From: Candidatus Babeliales bacterium
GTDB taxonomy: Bacteria > Babelota > Babeliae > Babelales > Vermiphilaceae
NCBI GenBank assembly: GCA_963743635.1
Contig: CAVUQO010000003.1
Span: 224,001-288,000, forward strand
Length of the DNA stretch: 64,000 bases
Direction of reading: 5' to 3'
The position numbers and the translations under genes are program-made. Position 1 is the stretch's first letter, and each line of letters begins with the position of its first letter. The notes under the pieces were generated by a model. It did not search any database, was not told the origin of the DNA, and worked only from the letters and a program-made list of their open reading frames with translations. This document shows positions 12,918 through 21,837 of this stretch, piece by piece.

Positions 12918-13382
12918 ATGAATCTCATAACAGCATTCATTATCTTACAAATCATCCTACTCTTTTTTATGACGTTCCATGACTGGGTGCACATTCCTCC
13001 ATTAATCAATATTCGTGAGCTGGAAAAGTATAGCACCAAAAAAGGTCGCGCAATTAATTCGATTATTTTTTTCTTTCTAATCTTTATCCCATTGATGTTA
13101 ACGGTTAGTTATAAATCATTATTGCCATTATGGGCCCTGATAACGATTCTTACCTTTTATAGTTTACTGACAATAGGAACTCTCCTTTCATGGTGGGTTC
13201 CTTATTTTTTTGGAAGTTCAGAGCACCATAAGTTGGGTTTTGCCGAATACAAAAATACGCATCATTTTCTCCCCGCACGTGGTGATAACGTCGTTCCCAA
13301 TACGTTCCATGTTATACTGCATCTGCAGATATGGGTCTGCCTTGGCATATCGTTATATTTACTGTTGCTCGCTGGATTTTAA
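12918..13382 (+). CDS. Four-TM membrane protein of unknown function
   Basis: Hydrophobic helices; HDWV..PP.N, WW.PYFFG and PNTFH..LH motifs. Confidence 0.75.
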   Translation: MNLITAFIILQIILLFFMTFHDWVHIPPLINIRELEKYSTKKGRAINSIIFFFLIFIPLMLTVSYKSLLPLWALITILTFYSLLTIGTLLSWWVPYFFGSSEHHKLGFAEYKNTHHFLPARGDNVVPNTFHVILHLQIWVCLGISLYLLLLAGF

Positions 13383-13515
13383 AGCCATGCAGGGCGTGTA
13401 ATAAAAGCAAGGATATATATTCCGGACTATTAATATCACCATAAGTATACGCGGTGCTTTGTGCCTTTGTGGTTGCGTTTCTTATGATCAGATTGATCTT
13501 ACGACTTAAATAAGA

Positions 13516-13543
13516 AGCCCCGGAATTCCGGGGCTCATTTTTA
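13516..13543 (+). terminator. Probable intrinsic terminator
   Basis: AGCCCCGG-AATT-CCGGGGCT followed by a T-run. Confidence 0.6.
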
Positions 13544-13729
13544 CTCTGAGTATGTTTGATATAAGGAAAGGAGGGCTATTATTGCAAATGGTCCTGTGAA
13601 TGCAATAAGAAACTTTTTCCAATCCCCATCACTTTGAGAAATCAAATAGTATACAACGAACCAGAGATACTTAGTCTGGAAGTCTTTACAATAATATTGC
13701 CAGAAATTTTCGTATCTCATCGTATTATC

Positions 13730-14620
13730 CTATGGTAGGAATGGGCATGCAGTACCAATAACACCGGCAGCGGCAGAAATGCCTTCCACCATAGCTACAT
13801 ATCCGGCTGCACCGTTTGCTGCTGTTGCCACTCCCGCGACAGCGTATCCAGCAACTTCTGCTCCTACAGTCATAACTATTGCTTTGCCAACAGTAACACC
13901 ACCCGCTACTACATTCAATCCAGGGGCTGCATATATTGTTGATGAAACTGCGGCACCAGCTGCTTGTGACACTGCAGTATTTGCTGCTAAAGATGTATAG
14001 CCAACTGCTGGGATACCCATAGTTGCTTCAGTTGCAGCTGCAAATTGAAGTGCTTGAGCAGCCGTGAAAGTTGTCCCACCAAGATTAGCGAATCCAACTA
14101 CGGGAAGACCTTCAAATCCAGCTACTACACTTTGTAAAGCATAAGGAGCTGCTGTAGCTGTTGATTGCATAAGTCCCGCAGTAACGCCAGATTGTGCAGC
14201 GGCTGCGCTTATTGTGGCGCTTGTTCCCAAAGCATGTCCCGCAGTTGCGGTAACTGCAGCACCCGCTATAGTTGATCCAACCACAACGGGAACGCCATAA
14301 CCTATGGCTTTAGCTAATCCAGCTAAAAATGCGCCAAAGAGAGGTCCACCACCATTAAGACGACCGCCTAGGCGAAGTGTATAATCATCGCTATCTTCCA
14401 TCTTATTGAGCTTTAAATAAGCACCAGCTGCAGCAAGCTTTGCAAGCCGCTCTTCTGATATTCCTCTGAGCTCTTTATCGATGAAAGCACGTTGGATGAG
14501 AGATGTTTCATTTTCATTTTCCACAAAGAAATCGTTGCCTTTGTGGGTGAGTTGCATTGCATTGCTTGCACTTACGCATAGCAATGATAAGGCTAGAAAG
14601 CCTTTATTGATTTGTAACAT
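13730..14620 (-). CDS. Secreted protein: small polar N-domain, RLNGGG motif, then about 200 aa Ala/Gly-rich hydrophobic region
   Basis: Signal peptide ending SNA|M; sharp compositional switch after LRLGGRLNGGG. Confidence 0.85.
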   Translation of the reverse strand: MLQINKGFLALSLLCVSASNAMQLTHKGNDFFVENENETSLIQRAFIDKELRGISEERLAKLAAAGAYLKLNKMEDSDDYTLRLGGRLNGGGPLFGAFLAGLAKAIGYGVPVVVGSTIAGAAVTATAGHALGTSATISAAAAQSGVTAGLMQSTATAAPYALQSVVAGFEGLPVVGFANLGGTTFTAAQALQFAAATEATMGIPAVGYTSLAANTAVSQAAGAAVSSTIYAAPGLNVVAGGVTVGKAIVMTVGAEVAGYAVAGVATAANGAAGYVAMVEGISAAAGVIGTACPFLP

Positions 14621-14650
14621 ATTGTTACTCCGATATGATTAAACGTACTG

Positions 14651-14827
14651 CTAAACGTCCAACTCATTGGGTAATTTCGTACTCAACGATTGAACTTTTC
14701 CTTCAATCGCTTCAATTACTAGATCTCTCATACTTTTTTCGACCATCGCACTTTTGACCTTGAGCTTCTTGTGCAACTCTAGAGGCAGATCAATGGTGAG
14801 ACGAGTCGATTCCTTCTTGCGTTCCAT
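14651..14827 (-). CDS. 58-aa ribbon-helix-helix (ParG/CopG/antitoxin-like) DNA-binding protein, absent from the ORF track
   Basis: Manual translation MERKKESTRLTIDLPLELHKKLKVKSAMVEKSMRDLVIEAIEGKVQSLSTKLPNELDV; RLTIDLP strand plus two helices; AAGGA upstream. Confidence 0.8.
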   Translation of the reverse strand: MERKKESTRLTIDLPLELHKKLKVKSAMVEKSMRDLVIEAIEGKVQSLSTKLPNELDV

Positions 14828-15127
14828 TATTACTTTCCTTTTATGTAATTACGACTATCAGCTTATCCGTAAATAATGAAGCTGCAAGTAATAAATGAAA
14901 CTGAATTTTGTTAGTAACTTTATCTACTCGATTTTTAAAGTATGTGTGACGCCTTGTCATGAATTGGGCGATTGATTACTGTTTTAGCATACTTTTGATT
15001 GATAAATTTTGGTTCAGATATAAAAGGGGGCTTGATGATTACTTGGATCATAGACCATAAGGATCAGATTCAAAGTAAAGAGAGATATGTCTAAGAACTG
15101 CCCGGGCAGTTGAGAGTGCGTGCATGC

Positions 15128-15223
15128 ACTAGCCTAATTGAAGACCTAATGAGGAGAAAGCCGCTTTAATATTGGATAAACTTATGCTAAGCTCAGCTTC
15201 ATAGTTCCTGAATCTGTCTACTA
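15128..15223. repeat. Diverged direct repeat of about 95 bp (second copy 16694-16790)
   Basis: cactagcc...aaagccgctttaata.tggataaactt.tg.taa.ctc...ttcatag.tcct.a.t.tgtctactaa present in both copies. Confidence 0.8.
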
Positions 15224-15360
15224 AGGGACGCACTTTTTCAGCTTCGCTAAAAAAATGCTATTCTAGTAAAGAAGGCGAGTACAGGAGCTCTTCCGTTTCT
15301 TGATGTGGACAGCCATAAATAGCATATGATAATAACCAATTATTTAGGGATTTTTGGGGT

Positions 15361-15951
15361 ATGACTTACTTGTTTCGCAGCCTTTTGGTTGCCCTTATAT
15401 TTTTTTCACATTCAGTAGATGCTGTTAATGATGCGACCATTCCAGAGTCGTCATCTTTGGCTTATGAAGATCGAGAGGTATGCTCATTTCGTCAGCATGA
15501 AATAGAGGATCTTGATGTCATGGGTGCAAGATTTCATGTGGTAGAGTGTTATGTGCAGGATGAAGAAGTGGGATCGTTATCATATGTGAAGATGCCAATA
15601 TTCAATACATACGTGATAGACAGTTTTTATGTGCATCCTGAGTATAGAAACAAAGGCTATGGGAGTGCATTACTCAATCATGCATGCGATTATCTCAAAA
15701 CGATGGGTGCGACTGCTATTTATCTTCAGCCAGGGCCTTTCAATTTGGAAAAGGTTCCCGAAGGCTATATCACCACGGTCAGACCAACTGGCGAACTCTA
15801 TGAGGCAAAACTTCAACAACTGATAGCATTTTATAAAAAGAATCAGTTTCATTTTACGCCAAAATGGGCAACGCCAATTATTTGGTTACTTTATAAAGCC
15901 ATGCGTATTGATGAAAACGCAGAGTATTTAATGGTAAAAAATATACAATAA
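15361..15951 (+). CDS. GNAT acetyltransferase with signal peptide
   Basis: FYVHPEYRNKGYGSALL; the last 100 or so nt are identical to the 3' end of 12365..12883. Confidence 0.88.
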   Translation: MTYLFRSLLVALIFFSHSVDAVNDATIPESSSLAYEDREVCSFRQHEIEDLDVMGARFHVVECYVQDEEVGSLSYVKMPIFNTYVIDSFYVHPEYRNKGYGSALLNHACDYLKTMGATAIYLQPGPFNLEKVPEGYITTVRPTGELYEAKLQQLIAFYKKNQFHFTPKWATPIIWLLYKAMRIDENAEYLMVKNIQ

Positions 15952-15968
15952 TATCGAAGGGAATTTTC

Positions 15969-16523
15969 ATGAAAAAATATTTTATAGCGGCTTTTCTTAT
16001 ATATTGCGGCATAGCGCCTCTTGGCTGCAATGCAGATGATATCATTCGTTTATATCAAGAGAGTGATCGTAAGGTTATAAGCAGGTTAGAAAAATGCGTG
16101 TGCCCATTCCGACCCATGTCATACGATGAGATGCGAGCGCGGTATGAAATCAAGCTATATTTTAAAAATGACTACATGATTGGTGTGATAGTCTATGATA
16201 AGAAGGCTTATCAATCTTCTCTTCGCATAGATATCACTAAAAAACATACGCCATATCAGGAGTTTAAGTGTGGCGAAATAGCATTCTTAACGGTAAGGGA
16301 TGAGTACCATCGCCAGGGTGTCGGAACAGCATTGCTTCAAGAAGCATTGAATGATATGAAGAAGAATGGCATTGAAGTAGCGCAAATGTATACGTTTGTT
16401 AATGATATTGCGGCACGTTCATTATTTGAAAAGAATGGATTTTCATTAGCAATGCCTGTTGAAGATCGGGCTAGGCTCTGTTACTATCACATGCCATTAG
16501 ATCTGAGTGTATGGCCATATTAG
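15969..16523 (+). CDS. GNAT acetyltransferase (RimI-like) with signal peptide
   Basis: LTVRDEYHRQGVGTALL and N..A..LFEKNGF motifs. Confidence 0.88.
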   Translation: MKKYFIAAFLIYCGIAPLGCNADDIIRLYQESDRKVISRLEKCVCPFRPMSYDEMRARYEIKLYFKNDYMIGVIVYDKKAYQSSLRIDITKKHTPYQEFKCGEIAFLTVRDEYHRQGVGTALLQEALNDMKKNGIEVAQMYTFVNDIAARSLFEKNGFSLAMPVEDRARLCYYHMPLDLSVWPY

Positions 16524-16789
16524 ACTGTTTGTACCTTCAGCTATTTGTTAAAAAAAATATGAATTCGTAGGACGCAGCTTTAGTAGCTTGCGCCCCAAAA
16601 GATGATTCATAAGTTAAAATAGATCCTCCGGAGAAATTCGGGGGATTTTTTAGTTCAGTTTTCCCCTATAACCGCATATTAGAGTTTGTTAGCCACTAGC
16701 CGAGTGGAAGGCCTAGGGAGTAAAAAGCCGCTTTAATACTGGATAAACTTGTGTTAAACTCGATTTCATAGGTCCTAACTTTGTCTACT

Positions 16790-16880
16790 AAAAATGAGCA
16801 ACGCCGATTGTTTGGTTACTTTATAAAGCCATGTATATTGATGAGAAAGCGGAGTATTTAATGGTAAAAAAGCCACAATA
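16790..16880 (+). pseudogene. Degraded 3'-end remnant of the GNAT family gene
   Basis: aaaatgagcaacgccgattgtttggttactttataaagccatgtatattgatgagaaagcggagtatttaatggtaaaaaa aligns with the 3' ends of both GNAT paralogs; TGG has become TGA. Confidence 0.85.
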
Positions 16881-16898
16881 AGACCGAAAGAAAAATAT

Positions 16899-17291
16899 AT
16901 GGCTAAATTTATTGGCAATAAAATTGCACGCGATAAAAGCCTAGAAACTTGGAAAGTAGATGGCATTGTTGGTCGGTATCGCTATCTAACAGGCCATGAA
17001 TTGCGGCAGGCATTGCAGCGTAAGCTCGTCGAAGAGGCGCAAGAGGTGCATGATACCAATGATCATCAAGAAGTAATTGATGAGTTGGCAGACGTGCTTG
17101 AAGTGATCGATGGCCTGTGCAAGGCGTATGGCATTTCAAAGGATGATGTTTTAAAGGCCAAAGCAGAGAAGCTGCAACGACGCGGTGGCTTTGAAACTGG
17201 TTTTTACTTGGAAACATTCGAGCTTGATGAAGACAATCCAAAAATCAAATATTTCCGCGCATCCCCTCACAAGTATCCAGAAATTGAATAA
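16899..17291 (+). CDS. MazG-like all-alpha NTP pyrophosphohydrolase
   Basis: KIARD...KLVEEAQEV...ELADVLEVI...K..RRGGF. Confidence 0.88.
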   Translation: MAKFIGNKIARDKSLETWKVDGIVGRYRYLTGHELRQALQRKLVEEAQEVHDTNDHQEVIDELADVLEVIDGLCKAYGISKDDVLKAKAEKLQRRGGFETGFYLETFELDEDNPKIKYFRASPHKYPEIE

Positions 17292-17331
17292 AAACGAATT
17301 ATTTAATAGTAACAATATCTAAAGGAAAAAC

Positions 17332-17730
17332 ATGGCGACGATTAAATTCGCATGTAAAAAAATTGGCCGAGATAAAGGCTTAGAGAGCTTTAAGGCTCAA
17401 GGCGTTATCCCGCATTATAAAATATTAACCGGGCATGCATTGCGTGAAGCATTGCAGCATAAGCTCATTGAAGAAGCGCAAGAGGTGCATGATACGAGTG
17501 ATCGTCAAGAGGTGATTGAAGAATTGGCAGACGTGCTTGAGGTGATTGATGGTCTTTGCAGCGCATATGAGATTTCTATGCAAGATGTTCTGAAGGAAAA
17601 AGAAAAAAAATGCGAAGAACGTGGCGCTTTTCAAAAAGGCGTTTATATAGATTCGCTTGAAATGGATGAAAACAATCCTAGAGTAGCCCATTTTAGAAAA
17701 TCTCCCGACAAATATCCTGAGATTGAGTAG
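17332..17730 (+). CDS. MazG-like all-alpha NTP pyrophosphohydrolase (tandem paralog)
   Basis: Same motifs as the upstream gene; ends in the identical KYPEIE. Confidence 0.88.
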   Translation: MATIKFACKKIGRDKGLESFKAQGVIPHYKILTGHALREALQHKLIEEAQEVHDTSDRQEVIEELADVLEVIDGLCSAYEISMQDVLKEKEKKCEERGAFQKGVYIDSLEMDENNPRVAHFRKSPDKYPEIE

Positions 17731-17748
17731 GCTATCTAGCTCTATTAT

Positions 17749-18036
17749 TTATTCCTCTTCCTTACCAAATACCTTTCGCAACTCAACCTTCGCCTGTTCC
17801 AGGCGTTCTTTATCGCTTACGCTTAATTTTTTGCCAGCTCGATTGATGTAATAATTAAGCATGGACATAGCCGATTGGAATTTCGTTCCATGGGTGCGAT
17901 CACTTTCCAGCACTGCTTTTTTTAACTCACGCGCTATCTCTGGCGCAGATCGGGTAAATATGCCTTCGGGCAAATCCATTGCATTGGATGTCTCATGTAC
18001 TTTTTGAGACCATTTCGTTGGTGCTTTCTTTTTCAT
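17749..18036 (-). CDS. DUF3175-like small protein
   Basis: KWSQKV.ETSNAMDL..GIFT...SAMSML..YINRAGK.L pattern. Confidence 0.8.
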   Translation of the reverse strand: MKKKAPTKWSQKVHETSNAMDLPEGIFTRSAPEIARELKKAVLESDRTHGTKFQSAMSMLNYYINRAGKKLSVSDKERLEQAKVELRKVFGKEEE

Positions 18037-18243
18037 ATATCTCCTCTACGTCCCTTTCATTATCTGAATTATTACGAATAACTCTACCATAAAATTCATG
18101 GTGATTTGCAAGAGTGAAAAATCGCAAGGTCACAATGATGAATTGCTTACATTTTTGGCAATATTCCATCAATTATTGTTTTACAAAAAGAAAAAGGATA
18201 CGTTGCATATACTATTGTATGGTATTGAAAAGGGAGGGGTTTC

Positions 18244-18927
18244 ATGTCTACCCATAGATTATTGAAAATCGTATTATTCATGTTCGTTATCACACAGAGC
18301 CTAGAAATAGAGGCGATTAGTGCGGCAGTCAATGTATGGCACCATCTAAAAAAAGGTAACAAACGCTTTGCAAGATCGAACAAAAGCAAACGCAAAAAAC
18401 TTGCATGTGCAGGACAGAATCCCTGCACCATAGTATTAAGTTGTTCGGATTCACGCGTTCCGCCAGAAGTCATATTTAAGCAAACGATTGGCGATCTTTT
18501 TGTGGTGCGTGTGGCGGGTGAAGTGGCTGATGATGTGGTGGTGGATAGTATCGAGTACGCCGTTGGGCATTTCGATTCAGTATTAATTATTGTGCTGGGT
18601 CATTCACAATGCGGGGCGGTCATTGGTGCTATCAATAGACTCAAGGAAAATAATGGGCAAATAATACCGCAGCCTGGACACATTGATGCTGTACTTCGCC
18701 CCATTGAAATGGCGATTTTGGCGGCAGGTATTGATATTTACGCTCGCAACGCAGTGGAACTTTCTGTGATTGCTAATATTAATTATGTGGCTAATCAGTT
18801 GTTGTATCAATCTCACGATATTTACGATGCGCTTGAAAATGGAACTATTTCAATTATGGGTGCTGAGTACAATTTAGTAAGCGGAAAAGTCTGTCCTCTT
18901 TTCATGTGGAATGCATTACCCAATTAA
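18244..18927 (+). CDS. Beta-class carbonic anhydrase
   Basis: CSDSRV, GDLFVVRVAG, SIEYAV, LGHSQCGAV. Confidence 0.95.
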   Translation: MSTHRLLKIVLFMFVITQSLEIEAISAAVNVWHHLKKGNKRFARSNKSKRKKLACAGQNPCTIVLSCSDSRVPPEVIFKQTIGDLFVVRVAGEVADDVVVDSIEYAVGHFDSVLIIVLGHSQCGAVIGAINRLKENNGQIIPQPGHIDAVLRPIEMAILAAGIDIYARNAVELSVIANINYVANQLLYQSHDIYDALENGTISIMGAEYNLVSGKVCPLFMWNALPN

Positions 18928-19022
18928 TGGTATAGAGTTTCGTTTCAAAAAAATTAAAAATGAAACTCTATATTTTTGATATTTCTTTCATATATCCTGA
19001 CTTCAATAAAGGAGGATTTTTT

Positions 19023-19703
19023 ATGAAGAATTATATGATGATGCGTGTCTACATAATTGCAGTTGTATTCTATGGTCAGATGATCATAGGCAGCAATTGC
19101 GCCAATCTGGCTAAAGAGCCTGCAAATGTCAGTCTGCTCAAAAATGACGTTAAAAAATACCGTGCATCAGGTACATGGGAGCAATCGATAGAATGTAGTG
19201 TCGAAAAAGCGAAGGCGGCATTGCAAGAATATCTGCCCATGACGTTTGAAAAGCCGGCGGTAGTTTTTGATATTGATGAAACGGTGCTTTCTAATTGGAA
19301 AATTATCGAAGCATCAGATTTTGGCTACAATCGTAGACGATACAAACATTGGGAAAGTTTAGCAAAAGATAAACCAATCGTGCCCGTGCGCCATTTATAC
19401 AAATTTGCGCAATCAAAAGGTTTTGCAGTCTTTCTTATTACTGGCCGCAGAGAAAATCAACGCGCAGCAACGGAGCGTAACTTAAAGAAAGCTGGTTTTA
19501 CTCACTGGAATGGCGTGTTTTTCAAACCGATGGATTTTATTGGCACCAAGGCGATGGAATTCAAATCTAAGTGGCGTGCGCATATTAAGGAGATGGGATA
19601 TACCATCGTACTCAATATTGGCGATCAACAAAGTGATTTAGACGGTGAGCCACATGCAATCTATGACTTCAAAATTGCCAATCCTGCCTATTTTATTCCA
19701 TAA
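19023..19703 (+). CDS. HAD-IIIB (class B/C-like) acid phosphatase
   Basis: VFDIDETVLSN, ITGR, NIGDQQSDL, NPAY; AGGAGG upstream of ATG 19023. Confidence 0.9.
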   Translation: MKNYMMMRVYIIAVVFYGQMIIGSNCANLAKEPANVSLLKNDVKKYRASGTWEQSIECSVEKAKAALQEYLPMTFEKPAVVFDIDETVLSNWKIIEASDFGYNRRRYKHWESLAKDKPIVPVRHLYKFAQSKGFAVFLITGRRENQRAATERNLKKAGFTHWNGVFFKPMDFIGTKAMEFKSKWRAHIKEMGYTIVLNIGDQQSDLDGEPHAIYDFKIANPAYFIP

Positions 19704-19757
19704 AAAATGCGAGTATGAAAACGTCAAAAAGCAAGAATAATGTTTCGCCATTACTCC

Positions 19758-19855
19758 GATTCCGTTCGCTTCCTTCGCCTATTTTTGATCCCTTTGATAT
19801 GCTCAGGATCAAAGCTCAGGATGAGCGGAAGAGCGTGACGAAGGGTTACGGAATC
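19758..19855. repeat. Composite family-A REP-like element
   Basis: GATTCCGT...ACGGAATC outer inverted repeat enclosing doubled GCTCAGGAT and GATGAGCGG. Confidence 0.7.
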
Positions 19856-19906
19856 TGATAATACGGCTCTCTTTAGCTCATTTTGAATTTCAGAATTTGT
19901 TTAAAA

Positions 19907-19950
19907 TGAAGCGCTCAACGCGTTAAAACCCGTTGTATCGCGCGGAAATT
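19907..19950 (+). repeat. Repeat of about 43 bp, family C (inverted copy at 26969-27010)
   Basis: TGAAGCGCTCAACGCGTTAAAACCCGTTGTATCGCGCGGAAATT vs the reverse complement of 26969-27010, TGAAGCACTCAACGGGTTAAAACCGTTGTATCGCGCAGAATT. Confidence 0.8.
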
Positions 19951-19980
19951 ACGCCATAGCTAAAAACCCGCCTTCGCTCT

Positions 19981-20036
19981 CCTTCGACCCATTCGACCCT
20001 TCGCCAGGCTCAGGGCTCAGGGTCAGGATGAACGGG
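19981..20036 (+). repeat. Triple-nested family-A REP-like element
   Basis: Three left flanks (CCTTCGA, CCATTCGA, CCCTTCG) followed by three right flanks (GCTCAGG, GCTCAGG, GTCAGGATGAACGG). Confidence 0.75.
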
Positions 20037-20124
20037 AGTCGAACCACGGACGTGGTTTCTGTCGCATTCATCCGCGCGCTAAAGCACGCGGTTTTCAGCG
20101 ACGGCGAATAAAAGAAAGGGGCCT

Positions 20125-21126
20125 ATGTTTCATATACGTATCAGTGTTGTGATGATGATTGGTGTTGTTTGTTATTATGCTCATGCTGACTCGGCGCAGA
20201 GTCTCTTTGGGTATCCTCTTGCATCATCCATTGGCATTGCGGCATGTCCGCTAACGGTAAATAGTGAAGGCGTGCGCAAGATGGCTGAACGAGGTTTTGA
20301 TCTGATTACCTATAAAACTATTCGTACCGTTGCTATGCCAATTAAATCTCCCGTTATGTATCGCGTTGATGTGCATGAGCAACTGACGCATGAGTGCATT
20401 GGTTCACGCGTATGCATCATCGATCACGAACCAACCCAAGAAGATCGGGCGATTACAAATCTTTATGGCATAGGATCGTTAGATGCTGGTGAAACGATAG
20501 CTGACATTAAAAAAGCGCATGCATTGTTGCCTGAGGGGAAACTGCTGATCGTATCAATCTATGGTTCTGGTAATAATATGGATGAACAAACTCAAGATTT
20601 TGTACAAGCAGCGCAGATTGCAGCTGCGGGAGGCGCCCAGATTATTGAAGCAAATCTTTCATGCCCTAATCTTGCAACGAATAAACTGATGTATAAAGAT
20701 CCAGAGTTGGTCCATGCAGTATGTAGTGCAATCAAGAGTGCGCTTCCCAATATTCATCTGATTATTAAAGTGGGGGTTTTTGATGATGATGCGCAGATGC
20801 GGGAAGCTATACGCGCTGCGTATCGTGGCGGTGCGCGCGGTATTTGCGGTATTAATACGGTGCCGATGCGAGTAGTCAATGCGCAGGGTGATCCGGTATA
20901 TGGCGCAGGGCGCGAAATAAGTGGTCTTTCGGGTGAACCGATTCGCGAGCTTGCTTTAGAATTCACGCGTAATGCGCGCGCCATCATCACGCAAGAGCAT
21001 ATGGATATGATCCTTCTTGCAACAGGCGGTGTTATGAATGCACATGATTATGATGCATTTATTGCCGCGGGTGCCGATGTAGTCCTGTGTGCGACGGCGG
21101 CCTTAATAAAAAGCGCCCTCGATTAA
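20125..21126 (+). CDS. Dihydroorotate dehydrogenase-like FMN oxidoreductase with signal-like N-terminus
   Basis: GIAACP, TYKT, EANLSCPN, GINT, SGLSG.PIR, GGV motifs. Confidence 0.8.
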   Translation: MFHIRISVVMMIGVVCYYAHADSAQSLFGYPLASSIGIAACPLTVNSEGVRKMAERGFDLITYKTIRTVAMPIKSPVMYRVDVHEQLTHECIGSRVCIIDHEPTQEDRAITNLYGIGSLDAGETIADIKKAHALLPEGKLLIVSIYGSGNNMDEQTQDFVQAAQIAAAGGAQIIEANLSCPNLATNKLMYKDPELVHAVCSAIKSALPNIHLIIKVGVFDDDAQMREAIRAAYRGGARGICGINTVPMRVVNAQGDPVYGAGREISGLSGEPIRELALEFTRNARAIITQEHMDMILLATGGVMNAHDYDAFIAAGADVVLCATAALIKSALD

Positions 21127-21138
21127 GAGAGCGCTTTT
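21109..21138. terminator. Probable bidirectional terminator
   Basis: AAAAGCGC...GCGCTTTT between convergent genes. Confidence 0.65.
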
Positions 21139-21157
21139 ATATTCTATATAATTGGAA

Positions 21158-21757
21158 TTAGTTGAATCGGTAGCCCAAGCCCACACCGAAAATCATACCA
21201 TTCAAATGTGCATCATGCGGAACGGTGCCGATATTAGGACAGCATTCGCCTTTCACTTTTGCAAATGAATAGTTCGCAAAGATATCGACGATGAACGATT
21301 TTGGTAAATCAAAGTAAACGCCAAGTTTTGCGATTCCGCCACAACCCCAATGTGATTGTTCTTGAATCACGTATGGTGAGCAGTCGTTTGTTTTCAACCA
21401 AACCGGAAGTGCGCCCAAGCCAAAATAGAAATCACCACAGCTGAAAGGAACAAAATATTTAAGACCAAGTCCAATTTCAACAAATGTTACTTTGGTAGGG
21501 CTGCAGAAGCATTCGGTATTGCCACTAGTGTGAAATGCGTCAACGCTTAAGAAACCATAGATATGTTTCCAATGACCGCCGGTGATTTCAAAGCCACCAC
21601 CGCCGGTAGCCCGGCCATAAATATCGTTATAGGTATCGTTGGTTGTGATGAAGGCATTTCCTTTGCCTTCGATTAAAACATCATACTCATATGCAACTGC
21701 GGTAAGTGATGTGAGCGTCATGAGTGCTACGAGGCTGTGTTTGATAGTATTCTTCAT
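21158..21757 (-). CDS. Small outer-membrane beta-barrel protein, Cys-containing
   Basis: Signal peptide, alternating amphipathic strands, C-terminal GVGLGYRFN. Confidence 0.75.
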   Translation of the reverse strand: MKNTIKHSLVALMTLTSLTAVAYEYDVLIEGKGNAFITTNDTYNDIYGRATGGGGFEITGGHWKHIYGFLSVDAFHTSGNTECFCSPTKVTFVEIGLGLKYFVPFSCGDFYFGLGALPVWLKTNDCSPYVIQEQSHWGCGGIAKLGVYFDLPKSFIVDIFANYSFAKVKGECCPNIGTVPHDAHLNGMIFGVGLGYRFN

Positions 21758-21837
21758 TGAGGTTCCTTTTTTTTAAGGATTTAAAATATGTTGATTGCTA
21801 ATCTACTATAGCGTATTGGGTAAATGCAAGCGTTTAT

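Noticed and set aside
12093..17730. Prophage or ICE at tRNA-Glu
   Set aside because: No integrase, structural genes or duplicated tRNA 3' end (att site) found by eye.
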